From contig OY761159.2 of the NCBI GenBank assembly GCA_963664395.2, forward strand, positions 2,656,001 to 2,720,000: 64,000 nt of DNA, given 5' to 3'. Positions 9,559 to 19,564 of this stretch are shown piece by piece. The notes below the pieces were generated by a model. That model made no database searches and had not been told where the DNA came from. It was given only the letters and a program-made list of their open reading frames with translations. Position 1 is the first letter of the stretch; every line of letters starts with the position of its first letter. This DNA comes from Candidatus Binatia bacterium (GTDB taxonomy: Bacteria > Desulfobacterota > Binatia > Bin18). Both the position numbers and the translations under genes were made by a program.

Positions 9559-9744
9559 CGAAGTAGGGACTCCACAGCCTTCGCTGGAAGTGTTGACTCC
9601 CCTTGGACTCGTCGAAGCAGAAGAGCGGGAGCTACCTCGCCAGCGTAAATGTCCAGTGAGTACCTTTGATCAGCTGGATATAGAAGTATATTTGTAGTCT
9701 CGTATGTCGATGTTTTTTGTCAGCCCATTCGATGGAGGTTGTCA

Positions 9745-12672
9745 GTGAGTACGTCCTATCATGCGAAATATTTTGCTCATCAGCTAACAAGAAAGTGTTC
9801 TGCTCATGAGATCGAAAAACTGAATCAGTCGATATTCAATGCCACTGTCGATCTCAATCCGCATCAGATTGATGCCGCCCTTTTTGCCTTCCGTTCCCCA
9901 CTCTCACGTGGGGCTATCCTTGCCGACGAAGTGGGATTGGGGAAGACGATTGAGGCAGGGCTGATCCTTAGCCAACTCTGGGCTGAGCGAAAGCGGAAGG
10001 TTCTGTGCATTGTTCCGGCTGCTCTGCGGAAACAATGGAATAGAGAGCTGATCGAGAAATTTTTCATCGACTCTGTCATCTTGGAATCAAAAAGCTATAA
10101 CCACTTGGTTAAACAGGAAATATCGAATCCCTTTGAGCAGGATGACAAGGTCATTTTGTGCTCGCACCATTTCGCACGGAGTAAAGAGCACGATATCCGA
10201 CAAATACCCTGGGACCTCGTCATTATCGATGAGGCCCATCGACTCAGAAATGTTTATAAAAAGAGCAATAAGATAGCCCGTTCTATCCGGGATTCTATTG
10301 GAAGTAGGCCCAAGGTCCTTCTCACTGCCACTCCGTTCCAAAACTCGCTCATGGAGTTATACGGCCTCATGAGCTTTGTTGACGATCATTTGTTTGGGAA
10401 CGAAAGCTCTTTTCGGGAACAGTTTGCCCGAAATGCAGTCGAAATTGGAGAAGACGGGTTTAGCGACCTTCGTTCTCGGATGCGTCCAGTCTGCCAGCGG
10501 ACACTACGGCGGCAGGTATCGGAATACGTCCGCTACACAAATCGTATTTCGATTACCCAGGACTTTACACCGACTGATGACGAGGTGGATCTATACAATG
10601 GGGTCTCTGAGTATCTGCAACGTCCCGACTCATTTGCGCTTCCTTCTGGTCAACGTTCGCTAATGACTCTGATTCTCAGGAAAATACTTGCCTCTTCTTC
10701 CTTTGCAATTGCAGCTACTCTTGGATCGCTTATTGACCGCCTCGAAGGAGAGATCTCGGAAATAGATGATTCGCCCGAAGCGGAAGAGGAACTCTTTGAG
10801 TCTATCAATGCGGACGTTGAGACCGTTGCCGAAACACAGGAAGAGTGGAGCGAGAAAGGAGACGAAGAGTCAGTCAGCATAGGGGAGAGCGGAGGGTTAA
10901 GCGACGACGAAGAGAAGGTGCTCCTGCTTCAATCTATTCGCCAAGAAGTCAGCGACCTCCAAAGCTACCGCGAGTTAGCCCAATCCATCACACAAAATGC
11001 GAAAGGCCAGGCGTTGTTGGTGGCTTTAAGGACAGGCTTCCAGAAAGCTGCGGATTTAGGGGCGACTCGTAAGGCCCTCGTATTTACTGAATCACGCCGG
11101 ACCCAGCAATATCTTGTTGAGCTTTTAGAAACGAGCGGGTACCGAGATCAGATTGTCACTTTGAACGGAACAAACAATGATCCACACTCTAAAATAGTTT
11201 ACAAGGCCTGGCTCCAGCGTCACGCAGGGCAGGATGAGATAACAGGCTCCCCAACCGCTGACATGCGTTCGGCACTCGTAGAAGAGTTCCGCGAACGTGC
11301 GTCAATTATGATTGCTACGGAATCTGGAGCCGAAGGGTTAAACCTCCAATTTTGCAGTCTCATCGTAAACTATGATCTTCCCTGGAATCCTCAACGTATT
11401 GAGCAGCGGATTGGGCGCTGTCATCGGTACGGCCAACAACATGACGTGGTAGTGGTCAATTTTCTTAATCGGAGGAACGCCGCCGATCAGCGTGTCTTTG
11501 AGTTGTTGTCAGCAAAACTGCAACTATTTGATGGCGTCTTTGGGACATCGGATGAAGTGCTGGGTGTGATGGAGTCTGGGGTCGATTTTGAGAAACGAAT
11601 CAACGAGATCTATCAATCCTGCCGGTCTCCTGAAGATATTAACGAGGCGTTCGATCAGCTTCAACTTGAGCTGGATGATCAGATCCGTGCACGTATGGAG
11701 GATACTCGGACAAAGCTTCTTGAGCACTTCGATGAAGATGTTCATCAGCGGTTAAAACTTACCCACGACGATACTGAGCAGCAGATTAATCGTTTTCAAG
11801 AATGGTTATGGAATCTTACTCAGTATGAGTTAGCCGACTGCGCTCAATTCGTTCCGGACGAGTATGTATTTGAGCTAACCCGTATTCCTGAAGGTATAGA
11901 TACGGAAGAAATAGCACTTGGGCATTACCGTCTTATTACTCAGAAGAATGGGACTGCCGATCACCACTTTCGCCTTGGTCACCCCCTTGCTGCGCGTTTA
12001 CTAGCACGGGCTAAGGAACGGCCACTTCCTGCGCGTGAAGTCATCTTTGAGTACGCCCAGCATCCTAAAAGGATTAGTATTGTTGAACAGCTACAAGGGA
12101 AGTCTGGTTGGCTTCGCCTCTCCCTAGTGTCTATCGAAGCCTTAGAGCAAGAGGACCACCTCATTCTCACCGGGATTTCTGATGATGGGACTGCGCTTGA
12201 TTCCGAGATATGCGAGCGATTGTTTTCCATAACTGGCACCAGCGGGGATGAGGTAGCTCTGCCGGACGCAGTCTCTGCCCGATTAGAACAAGACTTTGAA
12301 GAGGCCAAGAATCGCACGGTGACTGAGACGACTGGGCGTAATCAGGCGTATTTTGAAGTAGAAATGGATAAGCTCGAAAAATGGGCAGATGACTTGAAGG
12401 CCAACCTCGAACAAGAACTGAAGGCTCTCGATAAGGAAATTAAATCGACCAAGAAAGAGGCGCGACAAGTCGCAGACCTTGATGCCAAAGTTGAACTGCA
12501 TAAGCAGGCGAGAACGCTGGAACGGAGACGCAGCGAAAAACGTCGAAGCCTGTTTGACGCTCAAGACGAAGTGGACAATCGCAAAGAAAGATTGATTGAA
12601 GAAATAGAATCTCGACTCAAACAGAATCTCACTCAAATAACTGTATTTACTGTTCGGTGGACGGTTATATGA
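9745..12672 (+). CDS. SNF2-family helicase/ATPase
   Basis: LADEVGLGKT, DEAH, TATP, GAEGLNLQ, YDLPWNPQRIEQRIGRCHRYGQ; C-terminal coiled coil; GGAGG precedes GTG 9745. Confidence 0.9.
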   Translation: MSTSYHAKYFAHQLTRKCSAHEIEKLNQSIFNATVDLNPHQIDAALFAFRSPLSRGAILADEVGLGKTIEAGLILSQLWAERKRKVLCIVPAALRKQWNRELIEKFFIDSVILESKSYNHLVKQEISNPFEQDDKVILCSHHFARSKEHDIRQIPWDLVIIDEAHRLRNVYKKSNKIARSIRDSIGSRPKVLLTATPFQNSLMELYGLMSFVDDHLFGNESSFREQFARNAVEIGEDGFSDLRSRMRPVCQRTLRRQVSEYVRYTNRISITQDFTPTDDEVDLYNGVSEYLQRPDSFALPSGQRSLMTLILRKILASSSFAIAATLGSLIDRLEGEISEIDDSPEAEEELFESINADVETVAETQEEWSEKGDEESVSIGESGGLSDDEEKVLLLQSIRQEVSDLQSYRELAQSITQNAKGQALLVALRTGFQKAADLGATRKALVFTESRRTQQYLVELLETSGYRDQIVTLNGTNNDPHSKIVYKAWLQRHAGQDEITGSPTADMRSALVEEFRERASIMIATESGAEGLNLQFCSLIVNYDLPWNPQRIEQRIGRCHRYGQQHDVVVVNFLNRRNAADQRVFELLSAKLQLFDGVFGTSDEVLGVMESGVDFEKRINEIYQSCRSPEDINEAFDQLQLELDDQIRARMEDTRTKLLEHFDEDVHQRLKLTHDDTEQQINRFQEWLWNLTQYELADCAQFVPDEYVFELTRIPEGIDTEEIALGHYRLITQKNGTADHHFRLGHPLAARLLARAKERPLPAREVIFEYAQHPKRISIVEQLQGKSGWLRLSLVSIEALEQEDHLILTGISDDGTALDSEICERLFSITGTSGDEVALPDAVSARLEQDFEEAKNRTVTETTGRNQAYFEVEMDKLEKWADDLKANLEQELKALDKEIKSTKKEARQVADLDAKVELHKQARTLERRRSEKRRSLFDAQDEVDNRKERLIEEIESRLKQNLTQITVFTVRWTVI

Positions 12673-12866
12673 AAATAGCTCCTGACCAGATTGTGGCAGA
12701 GAAAATAGTTGCAGAGTTGCGGCAGAAACAGCTTACCGCCCAAGAGAGCGTGAAAGAGTTAGGGGAGAAACTCTCTGCCGGTAATCTCTCTGCTGAAGAC
12801 TGGCGCTTAATTGCTGAACTCGCACTCGCGAGGGCCGGAAAGTTACAGAATGGCAAAACGGATTGA
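12669..12866 (+). CDS. Small helical hypothetical protein (65 aa) within the defence operon
   Basis: ATGA overlap with the SNF2 stop and 17-nt overlap with the next gene; amphipathic helical sequence (KLSAGNLSAEDWRL). Confidence 0.6.
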   Translation: MKIAPDQIVAEKIVAELRQKQLTAQESVKELGEKLSAGNLSAEDWRLIAELALARAGKLQNGKTD

Positions 12867-15192
12867 AAAGTTAGCTCTAGCAGGCTTTCGTGGCGCTACG
12901 TGTCCGGTCGAGATAGAGTTCGATATCAGTAAGCCTGCTGTTATGATCTTTGGAGAGAATGGAACGGGTAAATCCACCATAGTCGACGCTATAGACTTCG
13001 TTTGTAACGAAAAATATGGCTCGTTGACTGAGCGAAGTTCGACAAGACCAAAGACGCACCTCCGCGCACTTGGCTCAACTGTGGCCACGCTCGGGGTATC
13101 GCTCACCTTTGATTCTCAAACTTGGTCGGCAAGTCTGGGGAGAAATGGGCCGGTAAGCTCCGGGCCGGATGGTCGCCCCGCTGCTCGAATTCTCAGACGA
13201 AGTCAACTCCTCCAAATCGTTAATGACCAGCCGAGAGCCCGCTATGAGGCTTTACAAGATTTTATTGCAGTGCCAGGGGTCCAGAAAAGTGAGCAGAGCT
13301 TACGGGAGGCAGTTAAAGCTGTCAAAGGAGAGCTGAATGATGCGGTTGTCGCCAGGCAACAAGCCGAAGAAACCCTTGAAAAGCTGTGGAGCGTAGAAGG
13401 ACAGCTTGGCAAGGGCTATCTCGAATGGGCAAAGGAAAAAGTTCAAGCAAAACCTGTTGACCTTGAAGCTATTGTTTCCTCGGCCGATCAGATTCTATCG
13501 GCGCTGAATGATGCTACTGGTGCCCGGGATCATTTCGAGGCCGACAAAGTCAAACAATCCAATGACGAGACGGAACTACAGAAAGCGCAAAAAGCTCTGA
13601 AAGAAGCAGAGGAAGAAGCAGTAGCGCAGGACCGGACGCTGATTACTGTATTACAACATGCAAAGAATTTTCTTGGAGAACACAGCTCCACCTCCATGTG
13701 TCCAGTATGCGAGAGAGAAATAGACGCTAAGAATCTGAGGGCAAGGATTACCGACCGTTTATCAGAAATGCAGGAGATAGTCTCTCTAAAAAAGAAAGTA
13801 GACTCTGCCAAGGATAAGGCTGAAAGAGCGATTGGTAGAGTGGAGCAGACCAGCCAAAGGCTAGTAAATTCGGTCGTAAGTTTGGCACCTCTTGTTCAGA
13901 AAAACACGTTCGACGAGATTAGCTCTTTAGCGGTCAACTGGGAGCTTTATCCAAATCTGGTTGATGAGAAACCTGAGACAAAACTCTCAGCAGTAATTGA
14001 AGAGGCAAGGGCTCTCTTAGAGATCATTACGGCTTGTCGTATACCCCTAGCCTCGCGAAGGGATAACGCTCAGAAGGCTCTCAACCAACTGTCTGCGATC
14101 CAGACACACGTTGAGACTATTCAGGAAAAGACAATAGATACCGGGAGGTTAAACCAACTCTCCACGAGACTTATAGCCATCCTGGAAATTGTAGAAAGAC
14201 AGCGAAAAACCTATGTGGAAGAAGTGTTAGCCTCTATCTCTCAATCAGTTGAATATCTATATGCGCAGATTCATCCGGGTGAACCAATAGGTGGAATTCG
14301 GCTGTACCTGAAGCCTAATACTATCGGTTCCTTAGAGTTTGACAGTAGATTTGAGACAGAAACAGGAATCCCCCCTCAAGCGTATTACAGTGATTCACAT
14401 CTCGACACCCTTGGAGTATGCGTCTTCCTGGCTCTGGCAAAATACTTTAAGGATACCAATACTATTGTCGTGCTGGATGATGTCGTTACGTCCGCCGACC
14501 AAGCTCACATGGAACGATTCATTCGGGTCCTGCACGATGAAGCGAAGAGTTTCAATCAACTTGTCATTACGACACATTATCGTCCCTGGCGAGATAAGTA
14601 TCTCTTTGCTCGTGGCCCAGCCGCTAATATCCAGTTGATAGAGCTTCTCTCTTGGTCTCTTCCGAGAGGTATTCGACACAGCAAGACGAAGCTCACTGTG
14701 GAAGAACTCAATGATTACAGAAGAACCGAACCAATGGACCGCCAAATCGTGGCCTCAAAGTCGGGAATTCTTTTTGAGAGTTTGCTTGACCATATTACTC
14801 TTCTTTACCGTTGCAAACTTCCTCGACAGACAGAGCTGAATTACACACTTGGAGAACTGCTGGATAGTCTTAGTAAGAAACTCAAGGAAGCAATGAAAAT
14901 CGCACATGTTGCGGATGACGGATCGGTGAGTTCAGAACTTGCCCTGGAATCAATCCTCAATAAGCTCGCTGGAATGACATGGATACGCAATCAAGTTGGC
15001 TGCCACTGGAATGTTGCGGGAATGAGCGTGTCGGATGACAACGTAACCTTATTTGCGGATTGCATAATTGAGCTCGCCAACATCTTAGTCTGTAGCAGTT
15101 GCGGTGAGTTGCCTCGTCGGGATAGCTCTGGAATATACCGGGCGTGCCGATGTGGGGGAAAGAGGTTATACCCTCTTACCGCTCCTGCCTGA
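12850..15192 (+). CDS. Rad50/RloC-like ABC ATPase with coiled coil, zinc hook and putative C-terminal HEPN domain plus Zn ribbon
   Basis: GFRG, Walker A GENGTGKS, central CPVC between coiled coils, degenerate signature YSDSH, Walker B VVLDDV, TTH switch, RNQVGCH, CSSC...CRC. Confidence 0.75.
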   Translation: MAKRIEKLALAGFRGATCPVEIEFDISKPAVMIFGENGTGKSTIVDAIDFVCNEKYGSLTERSSTRPKTHLRALGSTVATLGVSLTFDSQTWSASLGRNGPVSSGPDGRPAARILRRSQLLQIVNDQPRARYEALQDFIAVPGVQKSEQSLREAVKAVKGELNDAVVARQQAEETLEKLWSVEGQLGKGYLEWAKEKVQAKPVDLEAIVSSADQILSALNDATGARDHFEADKVKQSNDETELQKAQKALKEAEEEAVAQDRTLITVLQHAKNFLGEHSSTSMCPVCEREIDAKNLRARITDRLSEMQEIVSLKKKVDSAKDKAERAIGRVEQTSQRLVNSVVSLAPLVQKNTFDEISSLAVNWELYPNLVDEKPETKLSAVIEEARALLEIITACRIPLASRRDNAQKALNQLSAIQTHVETIQEKTIDTGRLNQLSTRLIAILEIVERQRKTYVEEVLASISQSVEYLYAQIHPGEPIGGIRLYLKPNTIGSLEFDSRFETETGIPPQAYYSDSHLDTLGVCVFLALAKYFKDTNTIVVLDDVVTSADQAHMERFIRVLHDEAKSFNQLVITTHYRPWRDKYLFARGPAANIQLIELLSWSLPRGIRHSKTKLTVEELNDYRRTEPMDRQIVASKSGILFESLLDHITLLYRCKLPRQTELNYTLGELLDSLSKKLKEAMKIAHVADDGSVSSELALESILNKLAGMTWIRNQVGCHWNVAGMSVSDDNVTLFADCIIELANILVCSSCGELPRRDSSGIYRACRCGGKRLYPLTAPA

Positions 15193-15211
15193 ATATGAAG
15201 GACTATGAATC

Positions 15212-16921
15212 TTGGCAAAGCGGGGAAAACTTGAACTAACCTGGGTTGGAAAAGAAGACCGTCCACACCTAGAACCACGTATTCTCGTGGAAGACCCCAC
15301 AAAATCCTATGGCGACCCAGGTGCCGAAAACATGTTGATATTCGGCAACAACCTGCTTGCCCTTAAAGCCTTAGAGCGAGATTTTGCGGGCAAGATCAAG
15401 TGCATTTATATTGACCCTCCATATAACACTGGACAGGCATTTGCGAACTATGATGATGGCGTCGAGCACTCATTGTGGCTCTCCCTTATGAGAGATCGCC
15501 TGGAACTCCTGAGAAAGCTGCTGACAGATGACGGGGCTATATTTGTCCAATTGAACGACGAAGAGCAGGCATACTGCAAAGTGCTTTTGGACGAAGTGTT
15601 TGGACGGCGAAATTTTATCAACCAGATCGCTGTAAAGACAAAGAATATAGCTGGGGCAAGCGGCGGCGGTGAAGATAAGCGACTCAAGAAAAACATCGAA
15701 TTTGTCCTGGTATATGTGAAGGATAATGACTCTGATACGGGATTTCGCAAGTTTAACGAGGTTTTTGAGGAAACTAACCTTTTTGAACTTATTGAGGATA
15801 TGCGGTTGCAAGGCAAGAGTTGGAAATACACAAGTATTCTCTTGGACAAGGGACAGTTTATAGAAGAGCGTACTGTACGAGACGGTAGCGGTGATTCTAT
15901 AAGAGTGCGAAAATACAAAGGAATAAAGCGTGCCACTGTGCGCGGAATGGTACGATGTGGATTAGAAGAAGAAGCAGTTTATGTGAACCATTTTCACGCT
16001 ATCTTCTCGGACACGAATGCCCAAACAAGTATTCGTACAAGGATTATCGACGAATTCAAAACGCTGGCAGATGATGAGGTTCTGGCTGCGGAATATACCC
16101 CACGATCAGGTCGAGATAAGGGGAAAATCGTTGAGCACTTGTACATAAGTCCAACCATCCGACGGGTCATATGGTTAAAGGATACGACGCACAAAAGAGG
16201 AAGACAGCTTATCAAACTAGACAAGCTCGGGACATTTTGGTCGGGATACAACTGGAATAACGTCAGCAAGGAAGGAGATGTTATATTTCCATCTGGCAAA
16301 AAGCCCGAGGCTCTCATAAAGACAATCGTCGAGCTCAGTACCAAACCTGGCGACTGGGTCCTTGACTCTTTTGCTGGTTCGGGGACAACCGGTACAGTTG
16401 CTCACAAGATGGGCCGGCGATGGATCATGGTTGAGATGGGCGAGCACTGCCATACGCATATAGTGCCCCGTCTTCAACGAGTCATTGACGGTAAGGATCA
16501 GGGCGGTATCTCGGAAATAGCCAACTGGCAGGGAGGAGGTGGATTCAAATACTACCGACTGGCCGAGTCGCTGCTGGTACAGGACAAGGACCTTTCGACT
16601 AAAGATGCCCCTGTTTATGTCATTAACCCGCGCTATGACGAGACCATGTTGGTCCAGGCCATCTGTAAAATTGAGAACTTTAACTGTCGCAACGATGGCC
16701 GTTTGCACGGAATCAGCAGTGAGAGTCGCTTCTTGCACGTTACCACCAATTTGGTGACCCAAGCTTATATCGACTCACTCGTTGAGGATATTAGCCTCGA
16801 CCAGTCTTTACTTGTTTACTGCACTCGTCGGCGGAGGAATCTTGATCTTCCTGAGAATGTCGAGATTAAGAATATCCCTCGTGACTTGCTCAATAAGTGC
16901 GATTTTAACGAGGCGACATAG
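15212..16921 (+). CDS. mod: Type III restriction-modification methyltransferase (Mod)
   Basis: LELTWVGK N-terminus, GNNLLALKAL, IYIDPPYNTG, KKPEAL, VLDSFAGSGTT (beta-class motif order). Confidence 0.9.
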   Translation: MAKRGKLELTWVGKEDRPHLEPRILVEDPTKSYGDPGAENMLIFGNNLLALKALERDFAGKIKCIYIDPPYNTGQAFANYDDGVEHSLWLSLMRDRLELLRKLLTDDGAIFVQLNDEEQAYCKVLLDEVFGRRNFINQIAVKTKNIAGASGGGEDKRLKKNIEFVLVYVKDNDSDTGFRKFNEVFEETNLFELIEDMRLQGKSWKYTSILLDKGQFIEERTVRDGSGDSIRVRKYKGIKRATVRGMVRCGLEEEAVYVNHFHAIFSDTNAQTSIRTRIIDEFKTLADDEVLAAEYTPRSGRDKGKIVEHLYISPTIRRVIWLKDTTHKRGRQLIKLDKLGTFWSGYNWNNVSKEGDVIFPSGKKPEALIKTIVELSTKPGDWVLDSFAGSGTTGTVAHKMGRRWIMVEMGEHCHTHIVPRLQRVIDGKDQGGISEIANWQGGGGFKYYRLAESLLVQDKDLSTKDAPVYVINPRYDETMLVQAICKIENFNCRNDGRLHGISSESRFLHVTTNLVTQAYIDSLVEDISLDQSLLVYCTRRRRNLDLPENVEIKNIPRDLLNKCDFNEAT

Positions 16922-19522
16922 ATGGGCCTCCCCGAACAGATCAGCCGATACATGAGTCTGCGTGAACCGCAGCGTGCCTCAGTGGAGGTGCTCGACGAAA
17001 TTAGCACTGCCGTAGACTATCAGACTGCTTCTCTGGATTCCGTAACTACCGTTGTCAGTGAAAAAAGTCGCTCAGCCAACCCGGTCCAGTTTGATACCGA
17101 GTTCCCCTCCCTCTGCTTTGCGTTGGCTACTGGTGTCGGCAAGACGCGTCTCATGGGCGCGTGCATGTATTACTTGTGGAAACAAAAGGGATACCGGAAC
17201 TTCTTTATCCTGGCGCCAAACATCACGATTTATGACAAGCTACGGGCTGAACTGAGTCCGTCTCATCCAAAATATGTTTTCCTCGGTTTGTCTGAATTCC
17301 CTCAGCCCGAGGTGTACGATGGTGATAACTATCTGCGTTTTAACCCGCAACAAGCGGGTATATTCGACCAAGCATGTGTCTTTGTCTTTAATATTGGCAA
17401 AATCTTTGCCCGCACGGATACGGAGTTCAAATTTCATCGTTTCAACGAGATCCTAGGGAATGCTTTTTCCTCCATCTTACAAGGTATGGATGACCTCGTT
17501 GTTCTTATGGATGAGAGCCATCGCTATAGAGCCCCGAAATCTCTTGCGGCAATTAACCACCTTAAGCCGGCTCTCGGCTTGGAATTTACGGCAACGCCAA
17601 AAACGAAGAAGAACGTCATTTACTCGTTTGGGTTGGCCCAGTCCATTGGGCGTTTTGTGAAAACGCCAACCGTTGTCACGCGAACGAATCTCACTACCTC
17701 TGATGCAGAGGAAATCGAAAAACTCAAGCTGCTCGACGGAATGGCGCGCCATGAGCATAAGAAAGGACGCCTTGCGGAATATTATGAGGCCAACGGCTTG
17801 CCTGTTACCAAACCGTTTGTCTTAATCTCCACTAGAGACACGAAGCATGCGGCTGAGGTACGGAGTCTTATTGAGTCAGACGGATTTTACGACGGACACT
17901 ATAAAGGAAAGGTAATCGAAATCCACTCTGGTAAAACTGGAGCCGAGAGTGACCTGAATGTTCAACGGCTTCTGACTGTCGAGCAGCCGACCAGCACTGT
18001 AGAAATTGTTATCCACGTTAATATGCTGAAAGAGGGCTGGGATGTCAGGAATCTGTATACCATCATCCCTCTACGGGCCTCTATCAGCGAGATATTAACA
18101 GAACAAACTATTGGGCGAGGGTTGCGGCTTCCATTTGGAGAACCGACCCTCGACCCAGACTTAGACTCTCTTGAAATCATTTCCCATGATCAATATGCCC
18201 GACTCATCCAGGAAGCCAGAGATAGTTCTCTGTTCACGTTCAAAGAGATTGACGAAGCAGACCTGCGGCCTATGAAGGTTGAGCGAGTCGAACATGCATT
18301 TGTCGATCTGGACAAAGTCCTCGATCGAATTGCTGAACGTCGGGACATCCTTTTCACAGATGAACTGACTGATGAGCAACGTCTCAACGACGTTGTGAAA
18401 TCTTTAGTGGCCGAGCAAGCGGCGTTATATGAACGAAAACAGGCGCAAGCCTCCAAAGATTCTTCTGGGAAAGAGGAGACGGTTGAGACATCTGCCCAAG
18501 CGCAGAATCTGCTATTTTCCATTGATAATCAAGAAACAGAAGCAACGCCTTTCGACCCTATTGCGCTGGAGGCGAGCTGGAAAGAACGTCTGCGCCGCTT
18601 CGCCCATGCCAATATCTCCGTTCCTAAAATTGTGACGGATACTTTTTCTAATAAACAACTGGAACCATTTGAGCTCACAGTGAACTACGGTCCTTTCGAA
18701 CTGGTAGATCAGCGCGTACTCTCGCATGAGCTTGATTCTGGTCAGGAACGTATGGGTGAGCGTCTGGAAGCGCTGGAGGTTGAAAACCCTCGTGCTTTTT
18801 TGGCTGGCCGGCTGATTGATGCTATCGACGAGTTGGATGTGGCTAACGATAAAGAGACTGCTTTGAGCCTGGTGGACGCATATATAGCTCGGATCAATAA
18901 GCCGCACGAAGAGTTGAAGAAAATAGTCCACTTATACCGAGATGTCATCATCAACGACCTCAAGAATCAGATCGAGTCGCACATCCATGATAATACGACA
19001 GTCGATGTTTCTGTCCGGAGTGGTTTTGTCAAGTTTCGATCTTACTCAAAAGCAGTCCTGGCAAGAGATGGTCTTGTTCCCTACACCCAGCCGGTGCCCC
19101 GATCAGAGATCAGGCGCTATTTATTCGATGGATTCGAGAAATCTTTCTATCCCCAGGTTCCTTTCGATTCGACTCCAGAGAAAGATTTTGCCGCTATATT
19201 AGAGCGTGACTCTCTCAAATGGATTCGTCCGCCCGACGGTAATGTTCCCATTAATTATCGTGGCCGCTCTTATAATCCTGATTTTATCGCTGAAACCGAA
19301 GAAGCAAAGTATATTGTAGAGGTGAAGGCACGAAGGGAACTCGAACCTGAAATGGATCATGAAGTACGAGAGAAAGCCTTGGCTGCAATCCGTTGGTGTC
19401 AGGTAGCCTCAAATATCGCAGGATCAAAGCTCTGGGAATATAAATTGATTCCTGATGACGTTATCGAATCTACAAGGGATCTTAGGTTTGTTTTTAGCCA
19501 CGCGGTGAGTCTATCGGCATGA
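16922..19522 (+). CDS. res: Type III restriction endonuclease (Res) subunit
   Basis: LATGVGKT, MDESH, EFTATP, MLKEGWDV, EQTIGRGLR, C-terminal YNPDF..IVEVK nuclease motif; starts immediately after the mod stop. Confidence 0.9.
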   Translation: MGLPEQISRYMSLREPQRASVEVLDEISTAVDYQTASLDSVTTVVSEKSRSANPVQFDTEFPSLCFALATGVGKTRLMGACMYYLWKQKGYRNFFILAPNITIYDKLRAELSPSHPKYVFLGLSEFPQPEVYDGDNYLRFNPQQAGIFDQACVFVFNIGKIFARTDTEFKFHRFNEILGNAFSSILQGMDDLVVLMDESHRYRAPKSLAAINHLKPALGLEFTATPKTKKNVIYSFGLAQSIGRFVKTPTVVTRTNLTTSDAEEIEKLKLLDGMARHEHKKGRLAEYYEANGLPVTKPFVLISTRDTKHAAEVRSLIESDGFYDGHYKGKVIEIHSGKTGAESDLNVQRLLTVEQPTSTVEIVIHVNMLKEGWDVRNLYTIIPLRASISEILTEQTIGRGLRLPFGEPTLDPDLDSLEIISHDQYARLIQEARDSSLFTFKEIDEADLRPMKVERVEHAFVDLDKVLDRIAERRDILFTDELTDEQRLNDVVKSLVAEQAALYERKQAQASKDSSGKEETVETSAQAQNLLFSIDNQETEATPFDPIALEASWKERLRRFAHANISVPKIVTDTFSNKQLEPFELTVNYGPFELVDQRVLSHELDSGQERMGERLEALEVENPRAFLAGRLIDAIDELDVANDKETALSLVDAYIARINKPHEELKKIVHLYRDVIINDLKNQIESHIHDNTTVDVSVRSGFVKFRSYSKAVLARDGLVPYTQPVPRSEIRRYLFDGFEKSFYPQVPFDSTPEKDFAAILERDSLKWIRPPDGNVPINYRGRSYNPDFIAETEEAKYIVEVKARRELEPEMDHEVREKALAAIRWCQVASNIAGSKLWEYKLIPDDVIESTRDLRFVFSHAVSLSA

Positions 19523-19564
19523 GGTATTCATCAGAGAGAAGCAGATAACAAGCCCAGAGGAAGC

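Noticed and set aside
9559-9744. ncRNA or riboswitch upstream of the defence operon
   Set aside because: No recognisable conserved motif or convincing structure by eye; an Rfam/Infernal scan would be needed
15212-16921. Phase-variable mod (phasevarion)
   Set aside because: No simple sequence repeat tract seen in or upstream of the gene, and the ORF is intact
9745-19522. Calling the island BREX, DISARM, Wadjet or a prophage/ICE
   Set aside because: No PglZ, DrmA/B, JetA/B/D, integrase, att-like repeats or phage genes recognised
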